This document shows, piece after piece, positions 32,737-45,800 of a DNA stretch of 64,000 bases. The notes beneath the pieces were generated by a model. That model was not told where the DNA came from. It was given only the letters and a program-made list of their open reading frames with translations, and ran no database searches. A program made the translations under genes and the position numbers. The stretch lies in the NCBI GenBank assembly GCA_964106915.2, contig OZ066921.1. One strand, given 5' to 3'. Numbering within the stretch: the first letter of the stretch is position 1; every line of letters starts with the position of its first letter. Source of the DNA: Podarcis gaigeae. Its lineage: Eukaryota.

Positions 32737-32853
32737 GTAAAGCATGAGACTCTTAACCCAGGGCCAGGCCCCATGTTGGACAAAAGATTTCTGTATTGCA
32801 AAGGGTTGGACTAGATGACCCTCATTGTTCCTTCCAACTCTACAATTCTGATT
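32737..32853 (+). mobile_element. Degenerate tRNA-derived SINE with CR1-type tail, within the MTSS2 3' UTR
   Basis: AGCATGAGACTCTTAA...CCCCATGTTGGACAAAAGATTTCTGTATTGC...GGGTTGGACTAGATGACCCT...CCTTCCAACTCTACAATTCT. Confidence 0.6.
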
Positions 32854-33984
32854 CCTTCCTAGTCAAAGCACAGGGAAAGGCGTCTCCCTCTTTCCCCCTC
32901 ACGTTAGACCACCTTATTTCCCAGCCACTGACTTTCCCCATCACTTTCTCTTTCTTTCAAGACTCCCCTTTCCCAACATCACTTTCCATTTGCCAACAGA
33001 GCCGATTTCTAGACTTTCTGGGACAATATCAGGGAGAGTACAAGGTAGAAGATCCAAGTCTCTTGCACTCTCCAGATCTGGGTATAAGATTACGTAACTA
33101 ATATAAATAAACTCAATGAATTTATCCAAACCCTTAAGTTGTTTCTGCGGGGCAACTTCTTCTGTTCCAAATTTGGGGAGGCAGGTGGAAGTAAGCAAAA
33201 CAGCTTAAAAAGTTGATAGGCACTATTTGTATTTATGTTCCTTCTGACTACCTGGCTTGCATGCCCTAAATTCCAGCCCTGCTGAACTCTTAACTCCCAT
33301 CAGGCCCAGAAACCGGCTAGCCCATGGTCAGCATTGATGGGAGTCTTAATAACATTGGAAGGTGAAAAGTTATCCATCCCTGGTCTAAAACAGTGAGAAA
33401 TGTGGATATTCTTACAGCAGCTGCATGGCCCAAGCTGGAGCTTCTGGCTGGGAGCTGCAATCCAACTTATGCTCCTTCAGCTCCAAGCACAAAGGAAGAA
33501 GCTGTGCTGAATATTCATTTGGTTATAGATCTGGAGGCCAAAACCAGAACAAGGGAGCTGGTCTGTTTCTGTAAATCCCCTCTGCCCCCATTTTTAAAGC
33601 CTGCTTGTGGCAATTCTTTCCTCACTTTCTGCTGGGACTCTAATTTCATGAGCAGGTCAGGGTGAATCGGGGAATCGTACTATGAATGCAATGTGGTTGA
33701 CCGTATAGCAGATCTGGCTAAGCAGCAGCAACATCGCCAAGAGGGTTGGTTCAGCTATTTCCCTCTCTGCAGATACTTTTAACCCCTTTCAAAGTATCCA
33801 CCCAATATTGACAAAATGGGGTGCCTTTTGATGCTGTTAGAAGAGGCACCCTGCCACACACTCACAGGCTTAGTCATAACCATACCCATACTTGGCCAAA
33901 ACAGGCTCACATTGGAAAAGGCAGAGGACACTGCCCCAGACCCAGCACTCCGCCTAACACTGCTTGGCAGCAGCCTCCCACAAC

Positions 33985-34077
33985 AAAGATCTTTCCTATT
34001 CTTATCTGGAGATGCCAACAGTTGAACCTGGGACCTTCTGCATGCCAAGCAGGTGCTCTACCACTCTGCTACAGCCT
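33985..34077 (-). mobile_element. tRNA-derived SINE head fragment within the MTSS2 3' UTR
   Basis: Minus strand GGCTGTAGCAGAGTGGTAGAGCACCTGCTTGGCATGCAGAAGGTCCCAGGTTCAACTG (A/B-box-like). Confidence 0.65.
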
Positions 34078-35365
34078 TTCCAGTGACACCAGAACCTGTG
34101 AGCATCAGTTTAACAACCTTTGGCCTTGCCAGATGGTTGTAGGAGAATTCAAGAGCAGACACCCTTGGTCTTTGCACACACCCTGCTTTCAAAACCCTCT
34201 AAGGCCCTCAATTACCAAAGTCCTCCACTACCATCCACAAAAAGACTTCTTTTGCCCCTATATCCACTTAGCTACAGCTATTCCAGAGCAACAGCCATCC
34301 ACCTTCACCTTTCCATCACTACCAATTCTGCTCCCTCCCACCCACCTTCAAGGGAGAACCATGGCCGCTGCTCTTATCAAAAGGTTCAAGCCCAGTCCTG
34401 AAGTGGCACTGAGGGCAGATCAACAGCAGCCCAACCCTCGGCCTCTCAGATTACAGAGCTCCTACCCCACTTGGGACGAGAGCGCAATCCTCTTCCTGAA
34501 TATAACCAACCTGCCCACTCTGCTCCCAGTAGAGCCACGGAGGAAACGGAGGCCGATAAATCTGTGGCTGTGACTCAACCTCTTGTTGGGGGGGATTGGG
34601 CCCTCCTGCCTGGTGACATGCCTGCAGGTTGTCCACTCCCTGCCCCTTGCACCCTCTCCTCCAGCTGCGCATTTGGGATCCACCTAGGAACACGAGAGGC
34701 TTCCGGGATTGTTCACGGGGGTGTTAACTGCTGCTTGTAAAGTCTTTCTTGAAGTAGCTGATACAAACAGATGGCAAACAGAAAATAACTGGAAAGACAG
34801 ACAGACAGACAGACAGAGCTGTGAAGGGAGGATTCAGCACAGGACTAACAGTGCATTTTTTTTGTCCGGAGGAGTGGGTGCTCTCTAGGAACGGCAGCCT
34901 CCATTTCTTTGCCATGTGCAAGTGTGTCGGGGTGTGTGTGTGTAGTTTATACTAAGAACACTGTAGTTGCTAGATCCAGTTCAGGTTTTCACTCCTCCCT
35001 GATAATCATGGAGCAAGGGAATGGCCTCCCTCGTGGCGGCAGCAGCAGCAACCGGTCTCTCTGCAGGCCAGGATGAAGGAAGGTGCAGGAGGGGAAAGGA
35101 AACCTGGGCAGGGCAGCAGATGGAAAAACAATGTGTATAAAAGAGGCTCCAAAACCAGTTCAGTGCCAGGCTGTGCCTGTGCAGGTTTGTTAGCAAAGGC
35201 GTATAGATTAGTCTCCTTTATATCTAGACTCTGACACGATCTCCATAAAGTGGCTTTGCCTTTTGTGGTTCATTTACTTCTCTTCCATTTCCCCTGGTTT
35301 AGTCCTGACTCTGGTTGCTCTCCAGCCACTGGGTGGGCACTGAGCAGGCGCTGGGGAAGAGTCCA

Positions 35366-36132
35366 TCACAAAAACCGGGGCGCCGACCTGTCATTGGTGA
35401 TGGTCCTGCGAAGCCGCACCCCACGCCGGATAGCCACCAGCATGTCTTCCGCCGGAGGGTCGCTGGAGGCCGCCGGGGGAGGAGTGGGTGTCTCTTCCCC
35501 GGGACCGAGGGCAGAGACCCCCGTGGGGAAGGGAAACTGACCCTCGCCAAGGGCATGGGCACTGGCTACCAGCTCCCCAATCTTCTCCACCAGGCTGTGC
35601 CGGTTGGCTGCCAGCTGCTGCTGCTCCTCCTCCTCTGTGGAGAGGTGCTTCCCGGCATACACAGAGATCTCCATCACGTTGCTGCCCCAGGCGGTGTTTG
35701 GCAGGCTCAGCCTCTTGGGCGAGGCTTTGGCAAAGTCCATGGCGCTTGGTGAGGCATCGTCAGTGTAGAACACACATTCCTCGCTGCCCACCCGGGTGGG
35801 GCCGGTGTACCCAGGGGAGTCAGGCACTGTTGGCGTCTTGACAGGGACGATGGGGGGTCTGATGGGAATGGGGCCGGCGTTGGAGAGGGTTCGGCGTACT
35901 GTGGGCTTGGTGGAAGGTGTGCGGCGGATGGTGGCCACCCCTGGCGTGGCGCCGGTGGGCAGGGCAGTGCCGGTGGGCAGGCCAGCAGTAGAAGCAGGCC
36001 GCTTGGTCTGGATCATGCGCCGGTAATTCTGGGCGATGTTGCTGTTGCGAGGGATAGTCGAGGATTTGTCGAATTCGCTCTGGCTCTCCCCTTCCATGTC
36101 ACCGTTCACGGAATAGCAGTCGTAATCTGAGC
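35366..36132 (-). CDS. MTSS2: MTSS2 exon 15, coding part (767 nt; Pro-rich region + WH2, ends in TGA)
   Basis: cacag|GCTCAG; SDYDCYSVNGD...FDKSSTIPRNSNIAQNYRR...EDMLVAIRRGVRLRRTITNDRSAPRFL*. Confidence 0.97.
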
Positions 36133-39100
36133 CTGTGGAGGCGACAGATGGACAGGGTGGGTGTCAGCATTCTCAGCTGGCAGGTGCAGCACAGCCAAGC
36201 AGCCACTGCTGGACTCCATGCGCAAAACTCTCCACTATATGAGATCTTTCATACGTATATATTTTGATTTTGTTAATATATATAACCTGTGTCTATTTTA
36301 GTTGTAAGCTGCCTTGAATCCCATGGGGGGGGGGGAAGGCAAGATATAGATAAATGTAATAACCATGTATGCCACCCTAAAAAAAATTATCGTTAAACTG
36401 GGCAACCACATTAAGTAAAACGCCACCCCACCCCTTCCCTGTGTGCCAAGAAGCCCATTGGCAGAGATACCTTGCGAGGGGATGGTGTCCTCAGAGCAGG
36501 AAGGAGTGGTGGTTTGTGTGCTGTAGCCACTGGAGTACTGCAGGGAGTCCCGGCTACTCTTCTGGTGCTCAAGACTCAGGCCTCGTGTCAGCACCATGGC
36601 CAGGTCAGATGCGGCTGGGGAAACCTCCTCCCCATGCTGATGAAGAAACAAAATGGGGTGGGGAGTGAGAGGTGTAATGAGCTGGTCTCAAAGCAAATGG
36701 CACCCTGAGCTGTAGGAGATGACACCATGTGTGTGCCTGGGCCAGACCACCTGCACCCAAAGGTCAAAAAACATTAATGGAAAGCAAGTGGAGATGGGGA
36801 GATAGGAGAATGATCAAGTTATCTCATTCCCCAAAACTATGTTGGCCGTGAACACAACAACCCTAGTGGGCAAGCAGCTGCTGACATGAGGGTGGTTAGC
36901 CTGGATCTCTCCCAGGCTAACATGTGTGCCCCAGTTCCACATGCACCCCATGAGCCCCTCATCATTGCAGCTCTGCTCAAGACAGGATGTGCAAATAATG
37001 CCCATTTCTTTTGTGTGTACTGGGGGGGGGCTGAAGTGAGGGGGCTTTGTGGGGCAGAGGCAAGGTGGAAGTAGGAGGAAAGTGGCGCCTAAAGGCAGTG
37101 GCCAGCCCTCCCTCCCTCCCATGGCTATTCCCCAGTGACTCACATACAGCAGCTGGTGAGAGTAGGCATCATGTCTGCCAGGGTCACTCAAGCAGGTCCC
37201 TCATCCAACATATGAAGTATAAGCAACAGACATGCATCATTCAATTCCTCCAGGGCCCCACAGCCCCATCAGGGCAAAGGGCTACATAGGAAGCTGCTGG
37301 CATGCGATGGCATGCTGGGGGTGGCAATTTTTCACGATTCATATGAGCAAAACCCATCAACTGCAAAACACTTCTCTGAGAGAACTTCCTCTGCTACCCT
37401 GAAATTCCCTTCTGCACTCAGCTCAAGGTTGCCAGTTGCTATTTGGGTAAATCTCCTTCTGGAACAAGATATACAGAGGAGGCCTGGGTCTTCTCCTCCA
37501 AGGAGTTGACTCCTAGCTAAGGTCTGGGACACGTAAGTGCTCCATCACCTGGGTACCAAACCTATTCCAAGTTCCTGTCCCCCCGGTCTCCCATTTTGAC
37601 ACTGAAGCTGGCTATACCTTGGCAGCAATGGAGGCCGGGGACATGCGGGGCCTGGAGCCTTCCTCCAAGCTGATTCCTGGGTATACCAGGCTGGTGGAGC
37701 CCAGCTCAGCTTCACGGAGATGCTCTACGCGGTCCTTCCTTCGCTGCAGTGTGCTTGCCACCGGCTGTTCATAGAGGCTAGCCTTGGACCAATCCTGCAA
37801 AATCCAAGAGGAGATGGGTAGGACGGCACAGCTGGGGCCCCAACACCGGGCACAGCAGTGCAAAGTCAGGTGGGTATGGAATAGGGCAGAAATGGGAGAT
37901 GAGACTGGATGGAGAGGGATTGGGCAAGGGGGTGGGGAGAGAGGAATTGGCAAAAGGGCCACCCCAGGGCAAAGAGCAGGGGTTGTGTCAATCACAAAAT
38001 GGCTCTGCCACCATTTTGCTCTGTTGGGCTGGTGACGGAGAAATCCCCTCTTGGCTTAAAAAGGCTTTCAACAAAGACAGGAAAGGTGGAGGCGCCAGGC
38101 CAGGAGGGTGCCTGCTTCCTTTTAAAAGTGTGGGCTGCTTCCCCAAGAGCTTGAAGCAGCTGACAGTCATGGTACCTCCAACAATATGTGTCCCCCCATC
38201 CCACTGGAATCCCAATTCTCTCACTCTCCTCAAACACATTTTCTGGAAAAAGTCAGGTGAATGCATCTTCCCTCTTACAGAAAGTGCTATATAAATACTG
38301 AGTGTTCAAAACACAGCACATTCAGTTCTGCACGATCCATACAGTGGTCCTGAAAGGCAGACTGCTGTCTAAAAGCACTCAGTGAGCTCATGGCTGATCT
38401 GAGAATGGAAGGACTTCCAGGCAGGGGCCGTTCTAAGCCCCCCACCACCACCACTTCACTCACACCAAACCCTATGTTTGTTTATCGGAAGCAGTTCCTG
38501 CCCCAACTCAGAGAGATGGCAGCACAGGGACATTGCAAAGACTTGGGGGGGGGGGGCAGGTGGGTCAGCTGAGGGGAAATAGTTCATATTCTGCCATCCC
38601 AAAGCTGTCCTGATGCAGGCTTCCTGTGTTCAGGAAGAAGGAAGCAGCACTTCCTGTTTCCAGAGCACTTTGATGTGCTCACAATACCAGTGTGCAAGAG
38701 GAAAGAACGACCGCTTCAGACAGCCTGATGGGTTTGATCTGGGGCCACATGGGAGCCTTTGCTACCTGCACCTAAAAATGCTGGGGTGGGAGCCTGGCTG
38801 GGTTCAACCATTGAGCATATTAAATGATGCAGAAAAACCCCCAAACAGAACGGAACTTGTGCAGAGCAGAGGCTCTTGCTCCTGAGTGACCTCTGCAGCA
38901 TCACCTCCGTTGCTTTCCAGAGGGGAATCCCTAGGCTGCTGCTGGAAGATTAGGCTTGGAGCTACATGTTTCCAGAGCCAACAGAGCCACAGAAGGCTCC
39001 TGTTCCAGCTCTGGAGCAGCTGACTCCCCTGGTCAAGATCTCGGAAACGGACACACCACAATATACACACCAGGCTAAGGCTTCTTCTGGAGCTTCCTTC

Positions 39101-39779
39101 AGTCCTGGCCACATGAGCTACATTCAGGGGTTTCCACTGAAACACAGTAAGAAACCACGGTGAAGAGAACCCAGAGCACACGCATGACCGCTGCACACCA
39201 GCCAACCTGCAGGGGGTGGGAAGGGGGCGGCCCGTGGCAACCGGCTGGGCAGAGCTGCAGAGGAAGCCAGAATCACACTGGAATCATCAAGCCAGGACCA
39301 AAAAAACAACAACCATCAAAAAGCCAAGAGCCAAAAGCCAGCCAACAAGGTGGGACCGGGTACAGAAATGGTGGAGGAAGAAGAGGAGAGGGAGACGGCA
39401 ACCAGAGGAGCAGGAGGAGGTGTCCATTTCCCCAAAGGTTTGTGACATGCTAAAGCCCTGCAGTGCATCAGCCACTGGGTGGGGTGCATATCCCTGGATC
39501 CTGGGTGTGTGATGGGTGGGTGGGTGGGTGGGAAGGATGTTGCCGATTTGCGCGTCACCTTCCGGCCGCCTGACCATGCCCCGGGGGCAGAGCTACAACT
39601 GACCGAGGTCGGGGAGTTGCATTCGCTAACAGACTGGCAGGTTTCTGAGGCCTCGGACGATGCGGAGCTGGAGGACTTCTGCCATGCCCAAAGTCCAAAG
39701 GTCAGCAGGAGCAAAACAGACATATGGGAGAGAAGGGAGAGAAGAGACCTGGTTAAGCAGCTGGTGGAGGGAAAGCAGC

Positions 39780-39844
<65 letters not shown>

Positions 39845-42800
39845 CGCAGATGCAAGCGCAGGGCAGCCAGCCTTGACACTTAAGAGCCAGGTGTTAGATC
39901 ACAGCAGGCAGTGCAAGCACCGGAGGAGCTTCACATGGATTTTGCACAGGCACTTCCAGGCCCTCTGCAATAACTCTTCAGCAGGGGAAGCGATGAGGAA
40001 GGAGCCGAGGGAAGGAAGGCCTCCTCCCTCTGCAAGGGCAACAGGAAAGGACCAGCTGCAGGAAGCAGAGAGGCAGGAGGGGGAAAGCCTCCTCTCGCCC
40101 AGGGTGTGGAAACAAGGCACACAGGAGGCCAGAGGGACGTCCCAAACTTCCTGCACCTTCCTCACAGGTGCACTCGGCAGCTGCCCTCTTCCTGCCCGCA
40201 GGCCATTCTGCTTGCAACTCCATGAGACACTTTACAAAAACACAACATTATTCACAAATATCTTAACTTGCTTTTCTTGGAGCCACCCTCAGCTCAGGGC
40301 ATATTGATAAACCCTCGCTCTGCAAGTCTTGGATAAAACCCCTCTGGACCATCTGTTGCAGAAGCCCCAGAGAAAGAGCTGCTGGCTCTTTACACTTAAA
40401 AGAAATGGGGACGTGAGAACCTTTGAGTGGCTGTAACCCTCCACGGCTGTGGGATTCAGAAATCCATGCTTTAGTGCCGCCTTCACAGGCCTGGAGCCCT
40501 CCAGATACTATGGGCTCTTAATTCGCACTGGAACGGCCACACTGGGGCAGGCATCTTAATAGGCAGCAGGCTGGCAAAAGCTACTTGAGTGGGTGAGGGG
40601 GCTTGTTACATTCCCTGCAGCACTAAGCCCCTTCCCCAGTCACAGAGAAGTAAGCCATTATGTGCACCTGGCTATTCAGCTGGAGGGATGAGAGAGATCT
40701 TTTTGCCCTTCAAGGGAGGCTCCGAGCTGCTGGTCCCCCAAATCTGAAGCCTTGACACCTATGTAGGAGTTCTTCATCACCCCTGGAGAGTTGAGGCTGT
40801 CAGTTCCTGGGGCTCTGCAACCACCAGGTGGCCAAGGAGAGAAGCAGGCTTCTTTTCCTCACAGATTTCTGGGCCTACTCCCAGGCAAAAGAGAGACATG
40901 GCTGCCAACAACTCACCTGGAGCCAGCTAAAATGGGGACTGGCACACCCATCCGCTGCACAGCCCATGTAGTGCTGGGAACTTACCCCACCTAAATAGTC
41001 AACCAGCCTGGTTTATAAAATGAAGGACTGAGGGCAGATGAATCTGATTAAACTGGAGGGGGTGGGGGATGGTAGCTCATTCAAGGGGTCTGTCCTGTGG
41101 CCACCAGTACCCTTGACTTCCCCTAAGAGACTGTGCATGCACAACTGGGTTGGGCCTGCCTGCAGCAGAGTAACAGCAAGAAGAGTGCTGATAGCTGCCA
41201 TGTTTGCCCAGGGCTTCCCCTTTTCATTCTGTGGCCTTTGGCGGCTGCCCCGCTGAGCTTACCTGACTGGTGAGGTCCGAGGGCATTGGCGAAGGTGGCT
41301 TGGAGAACATGGCGTCCTGGGAGATGAAGCCAGAGTCATGCGATGAGACGCTGGACAGGCGGGTGTTGGCATTGACGGGCTGTGCCAGGCTGCGGTAGCG
41401 ACATATGGAAGTTGGTGAGTATGTTTGAGAACCCGTGAGCCACGGGGGGGGGGGCACCCTGAGCACTGCTAGCGCCGCTAAAGGGTGGCAGGATGAGACG
41501 GCATGGCGGGCAGGACGAGGCGCGCAGGAGAGACAAAGCGCCATCATCAAAGCGCATTGATGGGGTAGGAGTGAGAATAGCAGGGGGTGTAAAGGAAGGG
41601 AGAGTTTTGTTTTCATTTATTAAAAAAAACAAAAAACCAGTCCAACCCACACAAACTGTGAGGAATTAAGTGGCATTACAGACAGGAAAGGAGCATATTG
41701 GGGAAAGTGACACACTTCTCTCCCAGCTAAGAGACTGCAGTGGTGCTGAGGGCCTGACAACGACCACACACACACAAATATAAACACACAATCCCAGGGT
41801 GTTTCTGCACTAGGCCCACTGCTCTGGAAGTGCCATGTTCCCCCACTTCTTAGTCCACATGGCATGTCAGTTTCCTGAGGGAGCCCGAGACACAGTGGCA
41901 GCATGAGCAGGACACATGTGCCTTAAGCACCTCAGGGCTCCTGTGCCTTTAAACATGTCTCCTTTGCAAGTTCAGGTGACTGACTCCATTGCTTCCTGTT
42001 GATCCAAACTAGGGGACTGTTGGTCAACAGAGCTTTGAATTGCTAGTTTCTCTTCCCACAGTGATGGGGAGAGGTTTGCATTAGTTATTTGAACTTGGGA
42101 TTTTTTAAACAAAATACCACAAAAAGAACTATTAAAAAAAGAAAAGAGTCGCTCAAGAATTATAGCACCTCACTGGCTACCTCCATGGGATCATACGAGT
42201 GGCGACAGGCCCATTTAGAGAAAGGCAGGCCATGCTATGCTCCCCTTGGCAGTCATGCCCTTGAGCTTGGAGATTCCTCCAGCTGCGCCAAACACACCTA
42301 CCTGCACATGCTGGATTTGCGGGACCCAGAGCTGCTGGGAGAGGACGGCGGGGTCTGGTAAGACCAGCTATAATCAGAGCCCTTCAAATCTTTGATCACC
42401 TGCAAAATATTCGGCATTAAAAGGTAGCTCCGTGACACTTCTCAGGGTGCAAAACGTTCTTCCAACTGTGTCTCATTTGTCCTCCCAATTAGAGCAGAGT
42501 CCAGGGGTTTACTCTACTTTCTCAGAAAAGGAGGAAATGCCACAAGTGGCCACTCAACAATCCCACACAGGCAGGCACACATTCTGACAATGCCCCATTA
42601 AGACCACCTTTAGCTGCCTCGAGACCACTGGTCCATCTAACCCTTCAATTCCACCTTATAAGTCTGCACTTCTTTTCTTTGTTTAGTTCTCAAAAGACAT
42701 ATGTTTGCATATAAGGCCCATAAGTCATTACTTGGTTTGGCTAAGCTCCTGTATCCATCACTCTGGGTGTGAAGGAATAATTAGTTTCCATTCTATAAAG

Positions 42801-45800
42801 GTATTTTGAACCTAGGAAGTATTTTCCAATTCCTTCCTTTCGGATTACCTCCTCCCTGGTTTCAGTTAGAGACTCTGCCACGGCTAGAAGTTTGATGCTG
42901 GGCTATCTGGGCACCTGTCACAATTAAATTCTGAAAGCTGGAGCTTGGGCTGGACTAGTTCCATATTTCCCAAAGTGCATGATGCAATAAATTAACTGAG
43001 AATTTAATCAAGGGCCTTCTAGGATTTGTTCTGATTTAGTGAAGCTGCTACTGTGTTATCATTATTGTCACTTTTAAATTGTTAATGTTTTATCTTTTGT
43101 ACTGGAAGCCAGTCTGAGAATTTGACTTGAAGAATCACATACAGATTTGGTATATAAATGCAAATAACATCCACATCCTTTTCTAAAACCTCCCCAGCAC
43201 TCCATCCTTTTGGCTCTCCCACCTGTTCACTGGCCGATGGCAATTTGTGGGGGTCAGCTGTCAGGACCACCAGGTCGTCAATGATGCCCTGCAGGTGGGT
43301 GATCTCTCCCAGCATGGTGATCTCTCCATTCTGCAAAAGAGACAAGAGAGAATCAAGCATTTGCTGTGTTCTGGAGAAAGACAACTCAATATTCCTGCAT
43401 TGCAGGGGGCTGGACTAGATGGCCCTTGTGGTCCCTTCCGATTCTATGATAAGTATCCTTGCATTACAAATGGACCCTTTGCAAGTGCTGGTTCTGTCTG
43501 ATGAAGGTTCTGTGGCTTAACTTGGGCAGGGCCCAGCCATATGGTTCCCTAGCCTTGGAGATAGAAGTATGGATTTTTGGATGAAGAGTCAAAGCCTGGG
43601 CGATACTACCACAAGCACAGCCCACCTCTGGGGCTGATGGGAGTTGTAGTCCAAAATAACTAGAAGGCACCAGGTTGAGAAAGGCTGATCTAATATGTAG
43701 TCATCAAGAACCACATACACGACCTTGAGCTCCTGGGAGGAAAAGATGAGATATAAATGCAATAAATAAATAAATCAACAGCATCTCAAGGGAAGGGCTC
43801 GACCAAAGTTTCATTAATTGTTGGCGCACACAGCCTCCTTAACCTTAACTTGGCAAGTCCACCTAAATCCACAATAGGACTGGCTCCCATGCACAGGGCT
43901 GAAGCCTTGGAAAGGAATGGATAGATAAAGACAGGATGTAGATTAGCAATATGAATAGGGCAAGTCCTTTTAAAGCATTGCTTCAGGTGGGAGCAGAGGT
44001 GTGTGCAGGTGTGACAGACAGTGTTGGGTGCAATCCAACCCTGTTGGCACCCCATAGCTCAGAGTAAATCTAGAAGGAGCCGGAGTTTGTTTTTCTCTGC
44101 AAGTTGCCTAAATTTGCATCTATATGCATAAATCACCACATACAAAATTGAGGCACATTTTTCTCCAATGGGCCCGTGCACCAAATATTTTAAGTACCTA
44201 CCAATACCCAGGATGTATAATGTCACTATGGGAGGGGTGGGGGTGGCTGCTAGAATTTTGTTTGCAAATTAAAATACACTATAAATAAGGGACTTGTTTT
44301 CTCAGTTTACTCAACCCTTGAAACAAATGTGGGCAGCTGAATATTGGGTAAGGTAGGCGTGGGGGGCACCTACCACCACAGGTTGCAAATAAGCAATGAA
44401 GGTGCAGAACCGCCCTCGCTCCTCAATGAGTGCCTTGCGGACAGCCTGTTTCTCCGTTTCTTCCAAAAGAAGGTACATGTCATTGACATCTTGGAGTGCA
44501 TTGTCCAGTTGAGGCTGCAGGTCCCCTTTACCTGAAAGAAGGAGAGGGAGACAGAGGCATCACCTCCTCTTCACCCACCAGCCCCCAGGTCCAGCCTCAA
44601 AGCTCTGGCCTACTTCTAGAGGTAGCCCCTGAACAGATGAGGTGTCTCAAATCTGTCTATTTCCTGACGATGGTGAAACTGGGTAACCTAAACTGGAGCA
44701 CTGAGAGGTCATCTAGGTAGGGAAAATGCCAGTCTAGAAACAAGCAAACCTTCCTAGATTTTACTGCTGCAAGTGATGTCTCCTGATATCTTCAGTGACT
44801 GGTGGTCTCTGCTGAATAAACACTACCTGGGCATAGAGCAGACTCCAACCTGGTGTCACAGATTTCTGTCAAAAAGCCCGTAGTGTCCTCAATAAACGGC
44901 AATTCCTCATCTTCCATTGTTCAGACACGAAATTAAATTCTGTTTAAACCAGTTTGATTATAGCATAATGCACCCGTATCCAGACTTACTGAATAGCTCC
45001 CAAGAAGCAAAAGCAACCATTTTGTGAGTCCTCTGACTTGTACTAGAGATGTTTAAAATACTGAAGAGTGTTGTGAAGAAACACACCCAAGTTGGTTTGC
45101 CAAGCACTATGAGGGGCTATTTTTTTTGTTCAATTTATAAGCTATTTTTGGAGCCTTTTTGCCTGAAGAGCAGGTTAAATGACTTTTTAAATAAGTAAAC
45201 ACTGGTCTTTGACCCTGTTGTCCAGGATTTGTCATTCTGATGAACTATGATGTTGGCTCTGTTGCTCTCAGTCCCTATTGTTATGATAGAGGGAAGCTCA
45301 GTTTCATGCTTGCTTAATTTTTATGGATGTTCACATGTGATAAAATTGATGATTTCAGACAAGTAGCATCATGACTGCATATATTGCAAAGGTCTATAAA
45401 AGTGTGAGGGCCACTGTTAATATCTGTAGCTGGCCCTCCAGGAGGCACTGGGCTCCTGGCCCACATCAGCCCTGGTGACATTTCTGTCCATTTCTGCATC
45501 CCGAAAGGAGTGATATTGGCCAGATATGTCATATCACTGGTCACTGTGGAAAGCAACAAACTGTATTTATGTCTTTTCTAGGCTGCATGTTGTGCACTGA
45601 CTGCCTTATACTTTGTATACCGCTTTGGATTTTTAAAATATTCAGCAGCTTACAAGTAATTTAAACCCAATCTATCAATAATAAGTATATTTGTAAACAG
45701 GGCTAAGCCAAAACCTTCATTGTTTTTGTTTTTCAGGAACATCTTCTGCATAACTGAAAATGCCCACCATGCTATTTCAATATTGCTTGCAAAAATACTC

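Noticed and set aside
33821-34573. 250-aa ORF on + strand
   Set aside because: Antisense to the MTSS2 3' UTR, runs through a SINE fragment, non-ATG start, no recognisable domain.
37795-37995. Open frame upstream of MTSS2 exon 13 ending PISSWILQ, loosely like the MTSS1 IPSWK exon end
   Set aside because: It is the translated pyrimidine tract of the acceptor; the resemblance is too short to support an exon extension.
39660-40307. 215-aa ORF with a poly-RE tract
   Set aside because: Artefact of the (AG)n microsatellite, antisense to MTSS2.
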